Sequence record: PP328843.1
Source of the DNA: Escherichia phage 215Ecol030PP
Direction: 5' to 3' (one strand)
DNA: 64,000 nucleotides
Part shown: positions 10,332-19,246 of the stretch, in pieces
How positions within the stretch are numbered: position 1 is the stretch's first letter
How the letters are laid out: the number at the start of each line of letters is the position of its first letter
Program-made: the position numbers and the translations under genes
Notes under the pieces: model-generated
The model's database searches: none
Told to the model about the DNA's origin: nothing
What the model saw: only the letters and a program-made list of their open reading frames with translations

Positions 10332-10506
10332 GGAGTTTAATTTCCTTAGCAACTGAACTAAATACAGCACGATCACAAATCATCTGTTTATGTAACTTGA
10401 GTATAAGATAATAAACTTCAAAACCGTTTACATAAGTAACACGAACAACATTACCATTAATAAAATAATATTGTCCCTTTTTAATTTCTTTATCAACCAC
10501 AACCAT
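10324..10506 (-). CDS. hypothetical small protein (60 aa)
   Basis: ORF directly downstream of an early promoter. Confidence 0.45.
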   Translation of the reverse strand: MVVVDKEIKKGQYYFINGNVVRVTYVNGFEVYYLILKLHKQMICDRAVFSSVAKEIKLHG

Positions 10507-10536
10507 ATCAAATCCTCAAAGGCAATTCATATGTTA

Positions 10537-10566
10537 ATAATACCATAGTTTGAACTTCTTGTAAAC
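10537..10566 (-). promoter_or_regulatory. T4-type early promoter
   Basis: Minus strand AAAGTTGTTTAC (-35 GTTTAC), 18-nt spacer, TGGTATTAT (-10). Confidence 0.6.
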
Positions 10567-10640
10567 AACTTTGTGAAAATTATTTTAGGGAATGATAAGA
10601 AGGGAACAATAGCTTAGAATGGTAATATACAGAATGTGAG

Positions 10641-10661
10641 AAAGAAAGGCCCAGAGGGCCC
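10641..10661 (-). terminator. intrinsic terminator downstream of nrdH
   Basis: GGCCC-aga-GGGCC hairpin followed on the minus strand by UUUCUUUCU. Confidence 0.55.
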
Positions 10662-10664
10662 GTC

Positions 10665-10973
10665 TTAGTCTTCTATGATATCTCTATCATATCCAAGTGA
10701 AATGAGAGTTTCTTTGAAGTGTTTAATGTTCTTTTGTCTAGAATCATTAATGAAAATGACTGGATAACGAATGTTAAGAGATGTGAATCCAGCGCGTTTA
10801 GCAAGAGATACAATCAGCGGACGATCATACTCAATCTTACCATTATTTGTAAGAACTTTATAGAAAGTAAAAGGAGCATTGAGCTCCTTTAGAAGTTTTG
10901 TAACTGATTGACATCCAGGACAACGACCTACTTCATCTGGAATTCCATAGACTTCAATCTTATTTTGTTTCAC
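10665..10973 (-). CDS. nrdH: glutaredoxin-like protein NrdH
   Basis: 102-aa ORF with CPGC redox motif near the N-terminus, adjacent to nrdG as in T4. Confidence 0.75.
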   Translation of the reverse strand: MKQNKIEVYGIPDEVGRCPGCQSVTKLLKELNAPFTFYKVLTNNGKIEYDRPLIVSLAKRAGFTSLNIRYPVIFINDSRQKNIKHFKETLISLGYDRDIIED

Positions 10974-10975
10974 AA

Positions 10976-11188
10976 CTATTCCTTACTAAGAGCAGCATTC
11001 AGCTTGTTAGTAATTTTATCCAGACGCTCACTGAACTCACTGGAAGATAAGCCTTTTTCTGGAGAAATTAAACTAATCACGAAAAATATAGCAATAAAAG
11101 GAATAAGGAAAATAGCTCCAACTGCCATAAACAGAAAGAATGTTACAGTTGTAAGAAAATCAGCTAAACCTTTACGAAATTTATACAT
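10976..11188 (-). CDS. small membrane protein (70 aa)
   Basis: ORF with one long hydrophobic helix (FFLFMAVGAIFLIPFIAIFFVISLI). Confidence 0.5.
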   Translation of the reverse strand: MYKFRKGLADFLTTVTFFLFMAVGAIFLIPFIAIFFVISLISPEKGLSSSEFSERLDKITNKLNAALSKE

Positions 11189-11303
11189 ATTTTACCCTTA
11201 ATTGATTAACCAAGCATTGATAAGCACTAAACTATACTGCGAATAAAATTCTGGACCAAAATGAAAAATCATATCATTTATAGTATCCATAATGCAATTC
11301 AAT

Positions 11304-11774
11304 TTAATCATGTTTCCACACCCCATCGGTATTTGACCAAAGTCGCTGATTATCTGATCCTCGCCACAACTTTTTGGTCGGAAGATTTTTCTCATACTTC
11401 CCATCAATAATAACATCAACATATTTAAGCATTTCTAGTTGTTTAATATCTTCAAACTTATATCCTGTCCACAACCAGATATCTTTCTTCGGAAATCTTG
11501 CTTTAACCCAAGAAACTAAATTTGAAATCTCTTCTCGGTTCTGTGGATAAAGTGGGTCACCACCGGTTAAGGTAAGGCCTTGGATATACGATTTGCTTAA
11601 ATGGGACGCAAGTTCTTTAACGGTATTCATAGTGAATAACTGTCCGTTACGAGCATTCCAAGTACTACGATTATAACAACCTTCGCATTTATGCAAACAT
11701 CCAGTGACGAAGAGAACGACCCTGCATCCAGGACCATTAACAAAGCAGCACGGGTATATTCTATCATAATTCAT
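11304..11774 (-). CDS. nrdG: anaerobic ribonucleotide reductase activating protein NrdG (radical SAM)
   Basis: MNYDRIYPCCFVNGPGCRVVLFVTGCLHKCEGCYN... (CxxxCxxC cluster motif), 156 aa from the Met at 11774. Confidence 0.85.
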   Translation of the reverse strand: MNYDRIYPCCFVNGPGCRVVLFVTGCLHKCEGCYNRSTWNARNGQLFTMNTVKELASHLSKSYIQGLTLTGGDPLYPQNREEISNLVSWVKARFPKKDIWLWTGYKFEDIKQLEMLKYVDVIIDGKYEKNLPTKKLWRGSDNQRLWSNTDGVWKHD

Positions 11775-12396
11775 CTTTATATTTCCAAGTATATCCCTTA
11801 TGAATAGATTGAATTCCTTTGCAACATTTATAAACAGCAGAATGAAAAAATCCTGCATTTCTTATTTCAGTTGCTCCAGTTAGTTCTATTGTATTTCCGT
11901 CTGGTGAATAGCCAATAACCGTTTTGGTGTTAAAGCGATTTCTAGAACTATTTTTGATATGCTCTTTATGACTAGTAGACAAAGTTCTTCCTGTTAGCCC
12001 ATCAGATATCCTTTTTCCAAAATCATCAGGAAGAGTTACTTTAGACCTAGCTATGCTCATTAGCTTCTTAGTTTTATCGCTTCTTTTTGCGCCACGCTGA
12101 TTTTCAAATTTCTTAGCTTTTGCATACGCGTATTGTGAAGAAGTAACTTTTCTATGCTTACTATTACTCATTATCCAATATGCATCATACATCTTTCCAC
12201 CATATATTTTAGCCAATAAATGGTGAGCAGTATAGTGGGCCTTATAAGTTAAAAATACTAAGTTGTCTAAATCATCTGAACCACCCATACTTCTTGGAAT
12301 TATATGATGAAGTTCATACCCGGCTTTAGTTTGACGGGGCTTAGATGGGTGTTCAGCAGAATTAACTAGATTTGAATAGATTCTGTCATAATTCAT
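11764..12396 (-). mobile_element. freestanding HNH homing endonuclease gene (Mob family, mobC-like position between nrdG and nrdD)
   Basis: 210-aa ORF MNYDRIYSNLVNSAEH..., HNH core HHIIPRSMGGSDDLDNLVFLTYKAHYTAH; stop overlaps the nrdG start. Confidence 0.8.
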
Positions 12397-12408
12397 TGGT
12401 GTTTAACC

Positions 12409-13708
12409 CTATGCATGTTTTACTCGTTTTACCATTTCTTTCATTTTACCTAAATTCCATGGAACAACGCTAGGAGTTCCAAGATATCCGCATGTTCTTC
12501 TTATTGTGTTCATCTTTTTAGGATCAGTTTCTCCACAAATAGAACAAACAAATCCGTTTTCAGTAGGAGTCATTTCATGGGTACTTCCACACGTAAAACA
12601 TTTATCTACTGGCATATTAACACCAAAATAATCTAAATGTTGTGCAGCATAATCCCATACAGCCTCAAGACCTTTTAAGTTATTTTTCATATCAGGAAGT
12701 TCAACATAAGAAATGTGACCACCTGTCGCAATGAAATGATATGGCGCTTCACGAGAAATCTTTTCAAACGGAGTAATATTTTCTTCTACTGAAACATGGA
12801 AACTGTTAGTGTACCAACCTTTATCAGTAACATCCTTTACACTTCCATATTTTTCTGTATCGAGTTTACAGAAGCGATAACAAAGGTTTTCAGCAGGAGT
12901 CGAATATAAACTAAAAGCAAATCCAGTTCTTTCAGTCCACTGTTTAAGACGAGCATTCATTTTAGTTAAAATTTCTCGTCCAATATCACGACCGGCAAGA
13001 ATATTCAATTCGTGAATACCAATGTATCCTAGGGACACTGAACTTCTACCGTTTTTAAATAACTCAATTATGTCGTCATCAGGTTTAAGACGAACCCCGA
13101 ATGCACCTTCTTGGTAAAGAATAGGAGCAACAGTCGCTTTAACTCCTTTTAAGGAACTAATTCTACACATCAAAGCTTCAAAACATAAATCCATTCGCTC
13201 ATTGAATAATTCAGTAAATTTCTGTTCATTGAACTGTGTTCCAATATAAGAATCTAACGCGATGCGAGGAAGATTCAGTGTTACAACACCAAGATTATTA
13301 CGTCCATCAAGAATTTCATTACCAGTCGAATCTTTCCATACGCTCAAGAAACTACGGCAACCCATTGGAGAAACAGGAATAGATGAACCAGTGATAGCTT
13401 TATTGTTCTTAGCTGAAATAATATCAGGATACATCCTTTTGCTTGCACACTCTAGAGCAAGCTGCTTAATATCATAGTTCGGATCGTCTTTATAAAGATT
13501 AACACCTTCTTCAACAAACATAACAAGCTTAGGGAAAATAGGAGTTATCCCATCACGACCGAGACCTTTAATACGATTTTTCAGAATTGCTTTCTGAATC
13601 ATTCGTTCAGTCCAGTCAGTTCCCGTACCAAATGTAATTGTTACAAAAGGAGTCTGTCCGTTTGAACTGAAAAGTGTATTTACTTCATCATTATATTCAG
13701 CATGAGTC
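12409..13708 (-). CDS. nrdD: anaerobic ribonucleotide reductase NrdD, exon 2 (5' boundary approximate, +/-15 nt)
   Basis: Translation ...EVNTLFSSNGQTPFVTITFG... to C-terminal glycyl-radical region (RTCGYLG) and Zn-ribbon CFTCGS...CSICG; no credible start codon of its own. Confidence 0.8.
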
Positions 13709-13714
13709 GCAAAT

Positions 13715-13919
13715 TCATGCTCGTTTATATGAAACAACAAAATTTGGATAGTCCATAGATATGCAACGTTCTTTTATAGTGCTAGGATGAAAATTTAGCG
13801 CTTTAGCTGCTTCTATATAAGACGTATACTTAATACCGTCAACAACCACATATTCAGGAACTTTATGAATAGTAGTCTTTATCTTTTATTTTAGTACAAC
13901 GTCTTTTTATCCATTTCAT
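13715..13919 (-). pseudogene. remnant of intron-encoded homing endonuclease (short N-terminal ORF plus out-of-frame C-terminal DNA-binding motif)
   Basis: ATG at 13917..13919 preceded by GAGGTGAAACA gives MKWIKRRCTKIKDKDYYS-stop; in another frame ...VVDGIKYTSYIEAAKALNFHPSTIKERCISMDYPNFVVSYKRA-stop resembles C-terminal helix-turn-helix tails of phage homing endonucleases. Confidence 0.55.
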
Positions 13920-13948
13920 TGTTTCACCTCGTATTCATAAGATAATCT

Positions 13949-13956
13949 TATTTATA
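13949..13956 (-). promoter_or_regulatory. late promoter (TATAAATA) inside the nrdD intron
   Basis: Minus-strand TATAAATA about 30 nt upstream of the intron ORF start. Confidence 0.55.
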
Positions 13957-14169
13957 CAAGATGACTGCTGCATGTCGCCATGCAGATTAGACTATATCTT
14001 CATCTTTCGATGCCGGCCGTTTCGAATAGCATTAGCTTCTATTCTACACCGCTACATTCATCACGGTTAGTCGTTAGGCATTTAGTTCAAAAGAACATTT
14101 AGCACGGGATTGTCTACTAGAGAGGTTCCCCGTTTAGACCGGTTTTACATGAGCCTGAATTAAATTAAC

Positions 14170-14705
14170 TCATACGCCTGGAATGCATCGTATACATCTT
14201 TTTCTGTTTTAGATTGAGCATAATTCAACGCATCAGCGATTTGCCATTTTTCTGCATCCTCAATATGTTTTGCATAGGTGCGTTTAACATAAGGAGAAAG
14301 TACTTTATCTACATTTGCAAAAGTCGTTCCGCCATATTGATGGGAAGCAACCTGCGCAGTAATTTGTGCCATAATTGCAGTAGCAACGCCAATTGATTTA
14401 GGAGTTTCAATCTGTGCATTACCTAGCTTAAATCCGTTCTCAAGCATTCCTTTTAAATCTACTAAACAGCAATTAGTAAATGGAAGAGCAGGGGAATAAT
14501 CAATATCATGGAAATGGATAATTCCGCTTTCATGCGCTTTCATAATAAAAGACGGGACCATATTTTTGGCAATGTGTTTAGACACAATACCAGCCATAAG
14601 GTCCCGTTGAGTTGGAAAAACACGAGAATCTTTATTAGCATTCTCGTTTAAAAGGTCTTTATTAGTTTTATGAATCAATCCTTCAATTTCTTTTTCAATT
14701 GTCAT
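14170..14705 (-). CDS. nrdD: anaerobic ribonucleotide reductase NrdD, exon 1 (3' boundary approximate)
   Basis: MTIEKEIEGLIHKTNKDLL...KDVYDAFQAY then in-frame stop inside the intron; continues in exon 2. Confidence 0.8.
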
Positions 14706-15175
14706 TTTAAACTCTTTCTAAGCTGCTTCTTAAATGAAGCTATTAACTGTGTTTTGGTGTCAGATTCATTATATTCAAATCCTCTTTGAAGCATCTCGGC
14801 CATCATTTCCTCTTTTCCTAAACGAGAAAATTCCTTTGATTTATCTCCAACAAAGTTAGGGTGAATATTATTTTGGGTGTAATCGGATTTTAAATAAGTA
14901 AGTAAATTTTCTAACCATTCAAGATAATCAACACCTTGTCCCTTTAAGCCAGAACGATTAAATTTATGCTTCATTTGACCTTCTGCAGCATTGCAGAGAT
15001 TACAAAGCAATCCACGTATCTTTCCTGCTTTTGGTCCATTTAATTCATGGTCATGATCAAGATGATTAGCTTGAACATCAGGATTTAGTTCTCGTTGGCA
15101 AATTAAGCATTTACCGTTTTGTGCATTATAAAATTTCTGTTTTTCTTCTTTGTATAATTTGCCAGTCAATAACAT
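14702..15175 (-). CDS. 49: endonuclease VII (Holliday junction resolvase) gp49
   Basis: 157-aa ORF with Zn/HNH-like motif CLICQ...HLDHDHELNGPKAGKIRGLLCNLCN; length equals T4 endo VII. Confidence 0.9.
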   Translation of the reverse strand: MLLTGKLYKEEKQKFYNAQNGKCLICQRELNPDVQANHLDHDHELNGPKAGKIRGLLCNLCNAAEGQMKHKFNRSGLKGQGVDYLEWLENLLTYLKSDYTQNNIHPNFVGDKSKEFSRLGKEEMMAEMLQRGFEYNESDTKTQLIASFKKQLRKSLK

Positions 15176-15181
15176 AATAAA

Positions 15182-15206
15182 ACCCTTACCTTAAATAGAT
15201 AAGGGT
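15182..15206 (-). promoter_or_regulatory. hairpin sequestering the gene 49 Shine-Dalgarno
   Basis: Minus-strand ACCCUUA-UCUAUUUAAGG-UAAGGGU followed by UUUAUU-AUG; the AAGGG Shine-Dalgarno lies in the 3' arm. Confidence 0.6.
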
Positions 15207-15217
15207 ATTTATTATTT

Positions 15218-15394
15218 TTAAGTATTGTAAAACATTCGATGCAATCGTTTATACTGTCGAATCATCTTTTTAGTAGGACGAGAATAGGTTCCTACGCAAG
15301 TGGTCATATGAGGGTCCGTAGAATGTCCTTTAATAAAAAGTTTCCAAACCTTACCGCCATTTAACTTTTCAGTATAAACCAATTCGGTTTTCAT
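15218..15394 (-). CDS. small ORF (58 aa) lying between a pair of direct repeats
   Basis: MKTELVYTEKLNGGKVWKLF...IRQYKRLHRMFYNT; shares its last 14 codons with the ORF at 15431..15934. Confidence 0.4.
   Translation of the reverse strand: MKTELVYTEKLNGGKVWKLFIKGHSTDPHMTTCVGTYSRPTKKMIRQYKRLHRMFYNT
15220..15266. repeat. direct repeat copy A (about 47 bp)
   Basis: aagtattgtaaaacattcgatgcaatcgtttatactgtcgaatc, near-identical to copy B at 15433..15479. Confidence 0.7.
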
Positions 15395-15430
15395 TAAAAT
15401 GCCTTGTCAGAAAAAGAATTTTGAGTTTTT

Positions 15431-15934
15431 TCAAGTATTGTAAAACATTTGATGCAATCGCTTATATTGCCGAATCTTTTGGTCAGAAAAAGAAATTTGA
15501 TTTTCAAGCCATTCAATGTATTCTGCGGCAGCTTGCATCAGGTTACCTTCATAGCCATCGTTATTTTCTTGTGCAGCTAATTTAGCTAATGCGTATGAAA
15601 TACGTTCACCTTGAAAATCGGCTTTAGGCTTCTGAACAACTTGATTAGTTTGCTCTACAACTTCTTCAATTTCGCCATTTTCTACTGATTCAGTATTCCA
15701 CAAACACCAATACGTAATTGGTTTATCGTAGATGTTAATAATCTTTCCATCAGAAAGTTCAATTTCAATAATTCCAGTATCAGGTTCTATATCATCTTCA
15801 CATTCTTTTGCAAGTTCACGAACTTTAAAGACAGTACCTGCACTAAGTTCCGGCCAGTAATTACATAGCCCTGTATCAGCACGATTAATTCTAAACCACT
15901 TATCTACTGTAATCATGTCCCATCTCCACATCAA
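15431..15934 (-). CDS. hypothetical protein (167 aa; possibly the T4 pin-position gene)
   Basis: ORF between nrdC and 49; acidic central region; C-terminus duplicated in downstream small ORF. Confidence 0.5.
   Translation of the reverse strand: MMWRWDMITVDKWFRINRADTGLCNYWPELSAGTVFKVRELAKECEDDIEPDTGIIEIELSDGKIINIYDKPITYWCLWNTESVENGEIEEVVEQTNQVVQKPKADFQGERISYALAKLAAQENNDGYEGNLMQAAAEYIEWLENQISFSDQKIRQYKRLHQMFYNT
15433..15479. repeat. direct repeat copy B (about 47 bp)
   Basis: aagtattgtaaaacatttgatgcaatcgcttatattgccgaatc. Confidence 0.7.
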
Positions 15935-16038
15935 TTAAGTCATTTATCGTTGGTTCATTATATACTGTTTCTTCATCAGTGTAAACCGGTTCTTCCGGCT
16001 CTGGCTCTACAGTTTCCCATCTAGCCGCCCACCAAGGT

Positions 16039-16233
16039 TTAACCCCGAAGCTTATTAAGTTCTTCATAACCAATCCAGGATTCTAATCCTGATGGCAGGT
16101 CACATTCAATTTCCCAAAGAAGTTCTTCAATTTTATGAAGACGATCTAATTCTTCAGCTGGAATAGTAACCATTGATGGAGTTCTTGATACACTAATATC
16201 GTAAATCATATTTACCCCAGTTTGACCATGCAA
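16039..16233 (-). CDS. hypothetical small protein (64 aa)
   Basis: ORF. Confidence 0.45.
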   Translation of the reverse strand: MHGQTGVNMIYDISVSRTPSMVTIPAEELDRLHKIEELLWEIECDLPSGLESWIGYEELNKLRG

Positions 16234-16427
16234 TCACCGTATTTCCACTTAGAAATAGACTTTTCACCATTAGAATAATAAACTTCGAGTTTAGCACGAT
16301 TATTTTTAATTTGAATAACCTTGGCTGTCATCAAAGTTCCATACCCATAGTAAACTGCAACTTCATCACCTACATATACCGCGCTTCCGCGGTAATCATG
16401 GATATAATCAGTTCCTTCGAGAATCAT
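16212..16427 (-). CDS. hypothetical small protein (71 aa)
   Basis: ORF, start overlaps nrdC stop. Confidence 0.5.
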   Translation of the reverse strand: MILEGTDYIHDYRGSAVYVGDEVAVYYGYGTLMTAKVIQIKNNRAKLEVYYSNGEKSISKWKYGDCMVKLG

Positions 16428-16687
16428 TTAAAGTATTCCCGCAATTGGTCAAATCCACCAATATGACTTCCATCAGGAGCAAATACCTGAGGCATCGTCA
16501 ATCCGATTTGAGTATCACGACCTAGTTTAGTCAGAAGCTCAGCAATTTTCTCATCATCAAAAACACCTTTTTCCGGCATAATGTTGATAAATTCAAACGG
16601 CTGTTTCTTCACAGTCAAAAGACGTTTTGCATTATCACAATACACACATTTATGAATGTTGCTATCATAACCATATACTTTAAACAT
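16424..16687 (-). CDS. nrdC: thioredoxin/glutaredoxin NrdC
   Basis: 87-aa ORF MFKVYGYDSNIHKCVYCDNAKRLL... with CVYC active site; length equals T4 NrdC. Confidence 0.85.
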   Translation of the reverse strand: MFKVYGYDSNIHKCVYCDNAKRLLTVKKQPFEFINIMPEKGVFDDEKIAELLTKLGRDTQIGLTMPQVFAPDGSHIGGFDQLREYFK

Positions 16688-16688
16688 A

Positions 16689-16931
16689 TTATTCCTTAAT
16701 TCCTAATACTTGTTTAAAAGTCTCGTCGTAATCAAGACTTTGGCCCGTTTGTTCTTTATGTTTGTATATAATATCACTTACTTCTGATAGCATATTTTTA
16801 TATGAACGAGTTAAAGCTGATTTAAGCACGCTGTATCTATCAGGAAATTTACCATGTTCATTATAATAAGCTATTGCTAATTCACGGACTGCCTTTTCAG
16901 CAGTCTCCATATATTCTTTACGCTTGGCCAT
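16689..16931 (-). CDS. hypothetical protein (about 81 aa from internal Met)
   Basis: [33 protein letters not shown]... Confidence 0.45.
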   Translation of the reverse strand: MAKRKEYMETAEKAVRELAIAYYNEHGKFPDRYSVLKSALTRSYKNMLSEVSDIIYKHKEQTGQSLDYDETFKQVLGIKE

Positions 16932-17235
16932 TTTCTTCTCGGTCAAATCGGTGTTTACAATGGCGACATTTATAACGAAGATTATTAGTCTGCCAATGGA
17001 CCAATTGCACCTGTTCAGTTCCACATTCAGGGCAATTAGGAACGTTTTTAGAAGCCCTTTCGCGACGTTCAACCATAACCATAATAGCATCCCAGGCTGG
17101 GGGTTTAAAATCTAAATCGTCACAGCCATGAATCTTTCCACGCATTTCCATATCATCTTCCTCACCAGCCATAATAATTTTAATTAGACTAGAATTACTT
17201 GAAGCTGCAATGTCTTCTAATAGACGCTTTTTCAT
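16918..17235 (-). CDS. zinc-ribbon protein (105 aa)
   Basis: C-terminal CPECG...(17)...CRHCKH four-cysteine ribbon. Confidence 0.5.
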   Translation of the reverse strand: MKKRLLEDIAASSNSSLIKIIMAGEEDDMEMRGKIHGCDDLDFKPPAWDAIMVMVERRERASKNVPNCPECGTEQVQLVHWQTNNLRYKCRHCKHRFDREENGQA

Positions 17236-18158
17236 TTCAATACCTCAATAGCATTACGTAAACCATTTGCTTTTGCATTAAGAGCTTTTAACAATTTGGT
17301 GTGTTCTGCAATTTGGGCTTCAACTTCAATCAAACGAGCATTGAGATATTCGCGTTCTTCACTCAGATTATCAACCTTTTCTACTTTAGGTTCTTTTACA
17401 ACTGGCTTATACGTATTAGGGTTCTTCAGTTTAATTAGAATGCGTGAACTGTATAACATTGAACCATTATCTTCGGTTTCGTCATACATTTCTACTACGT
17501 CCATAATTTTTAACATCATGCGAAGTTTATAAGACAACGAACGAATAGTTTTGTTGTGCTTATTAATTTCTCTAGCTGTCATGGTGCCGAGATTACGTGA
17601 GTAATAATAAGGAACCTGGATATTAATTAATACTGATGAACCACCTGGCTTGTGTGTTACTTCATCAGCAATAACCCAGTCCTTAACATGAACTGTATTT
17701 GTACGGTCATCACCCGCGGTAAACAGTTTGCGAGCATGCTTAAAAAGCATATTCACTTGGGTATTGAATTGACAAGCAAATTTATCAGCAAATTTAGTTT
17801 CAGGAATGGTAGATAACCAATCAGCCAAATGGGTCTTTTTAACATCGTTAACAATAGTAAATTCAACCAAATCGGTTATAGATGTCTCAGATTTAATAAA
17901 GCTCGGCTTCATAAAGTTTTCAATGTTATCACGAGCTACAGTAGAAGATAACATACGAGAACGTTTAAACCATTCAAGCAAATTGCCTAACGAATGAGAA
18001 TAAGCGTTTTGAGTATCTTTACAGATATGATTTTCCTGGCCAACATATTGAAGGAAATCACGAAGAATATTATTAATTACTGCTCTGTGTCCGATCTGAT
18101 AATTGCGGTGTTTAGTAATAAGACTGTCAAAATAATCAATATAATGTTTACGAGTCAT
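17232..18158 (-). CDS. hypothetical protein with C-terminal coiled coil
   Basis: About 308 aa from MTRKHYIDYF...; last 45 residues are a heptad coiled coil. Confidence 0.5.
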   Translation of the reverse strand: MTRKHYIDYFDSLITKHRNYQIGHRAVINNILRDFLQYVGQENHICKDTQNAYSHSLGNLLEWFKRSRMLSSTVARDNIENFMKPSFIKSETSITDLVEFTIVNDVKKTHLADWLSTIPETKFADKFACQFNTQVNMLFKHARKLFTAGDDRTNTVHVKDWVIADEVTHKPGGSSVLINIQVPYYYSRNLGTMTAREINKHNKTIRSLSYKLRMMLKIMDVVEMYDETEDNGSMLYSSRILIKLKNPNTYKPVVKEPKVEKVDNLSEEREYLNARLIEVEAQIAEHTKLLKALNAKANGLRNAIEVLK

Positions 18159-18186
18159 ATTAATCTCCTCAGTAGAAAGTAAGAAC

Positions 18187-18216
18187 ATTATACCACATCC
18201 TTGTGGCAAAGTAAAC
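18187..18216 (-). promoter_or_regulatory. T4-type early promoter
   Basis: Minus strand GTTTAC, 18-nt spacer, TGGTATAAT. Confidence 0.55.
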
Positions 18217-19238
18217 TAGTTCAGTGCATTTAGTGCGTTGTTCAGTTTAGAACGTTGCTTCGTAAGATTTTTGACTTTTTCTTGAGCTTTTTCCAGCATC
18301 TTTTCAGCTTCTAGCACTTCATTGGTCGCTTTAACGAGTTCATCATCTACTGCCTTAAGAGACTTCTCAATCGCATCCGCGTGCCATTTTTCAACAGGTT
18401 TAAGACTCGGATTTTCAATAGGAAGAAAATTCACTTTATTGAATTTCCATGCATCTTTATTACCTGAGCTATACATCCAAAATTTAGGATCGTTTGATGA
18501 GCAATTAGATAAATTTAAGTTATCTTGCACTTCCTGCTTTTTCTCTTGCGGGACTTCATCCTTTCTCAAAAAATCGTATTTAAATGAAACGATCATATCA
18601 AGTTCATACGTTGTTGTATGTTCCCAATTTCGCTCAAAATGAGGTAAAATCTTAGACTGAACAGCGGCAACAACATCCATATACTTAAATGCTTCTGTCA
18701 ACTGTGATTTAAGGCATTCACAAATTGAAAGAGAATTTTTTGTATTAGGTTTAAAGCTAATTCGTGCAGTTCTATTATTTTCTTTTAATGGTCTTACTTC
18801 CATCTGAAGAGTATAACCATCAAATTTCAGGTTCTTTAAGTTAATGTCAGAACCTTTTAATCGACTAGCCGTCGACAAAATTTGCTTTAATTGTTTACGG
18901 AATAGAGCAATAAATCTCCATTCAATACGATAATGATTTGGATTGAAAAATCCAGATGATAAATCGACCTTACTTTGACCAACGCCTTGAACAATCAAAG
19001 GATTTTTATAATCAATAGTTTTACAGAAATCGGTGAGCTGCTCACGAGCAGTCATTTGCGTAATATACCCTGCTTTATTAAAATTACGCACCCATTCACT
19101 GCTATTCTTATACTTAAAGTGATGAATAGTACGATTAACTTTATCAAGGTCTAAATTATTTTCACACAAAAATGTCATAACATCACGAGTATCGCTGGCA
19201 TTACGAACCATATCTTCAATTTGAGAACGAGTTTTCAT
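18216..19238 (-). CDS. hypothetical protein with C-terminal coiled coil (340 aa)
   Basis: ORF; C-terminal 50 residues heptad-rich. Confidence 0.5.
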   Translation of the reverse strand: MKTRSQIEDMVRNASDTRDVMTFLCENNLDLDKVNRTIHHFKYKNSSEWVRNFNKAGYITQMTAREQLTDFCKTIDYKNPLIVQGVGQSKVDLSSGFFNPNHYRIEWRFIALFRKQLKQILSTASRLKGSDINLKNLKFDGYTLQMEVRPLKENNRTARISFKPNTKNSLSICECLKSQLTEAFKYMDVVAAVQSKILPHFERNWEHTTTYELDMIVSFKYDFLRKDEVPQEKKQEVQDNLNLSNCSSNDPKFWMYSSGNKDAWKFNKVNFLPIENPSLKPVEKWHADAIEKSLKAVDDELVKATNEVLEAEKMLEKAQEKVKNLTKQRSKLNNALNALN

Positions 19239-19246
19239 GGTGTTCC

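Larger units (their letters stand above)
13709..14169 (-). mobile_element. group I self-splicing intron in nrdD (sunY type) with degenerate endonuclease ORF (boundaries approximate)
   Basis: About 460 nt separate the two nrdD reading frames. The 5' part contains AAACGGGGAACCUCUCUAGUAGACAAUCCCGUGCUAAAU, remembered from the T4 sunY ribozyme. It also holds an internal late promoter, RBS and truncated ORF. Confidence 0.7.

Noticed and set aside
11198-11422. 74-aa ORF overlapping the 3' half of nrdG
   Set aside because: Overlaps the conserved nrdG frame and has no RBS; most likely spurious.
12409-13740. Start codon assigned by the ORF track to the large nrdD ORF (TTG at 13738..13740)
   Set aside because: The first 10-15 codons lie inside the intron; this frame is exon 2 of nrdD and is joined to exon 1 by splicing, not independently initiated.
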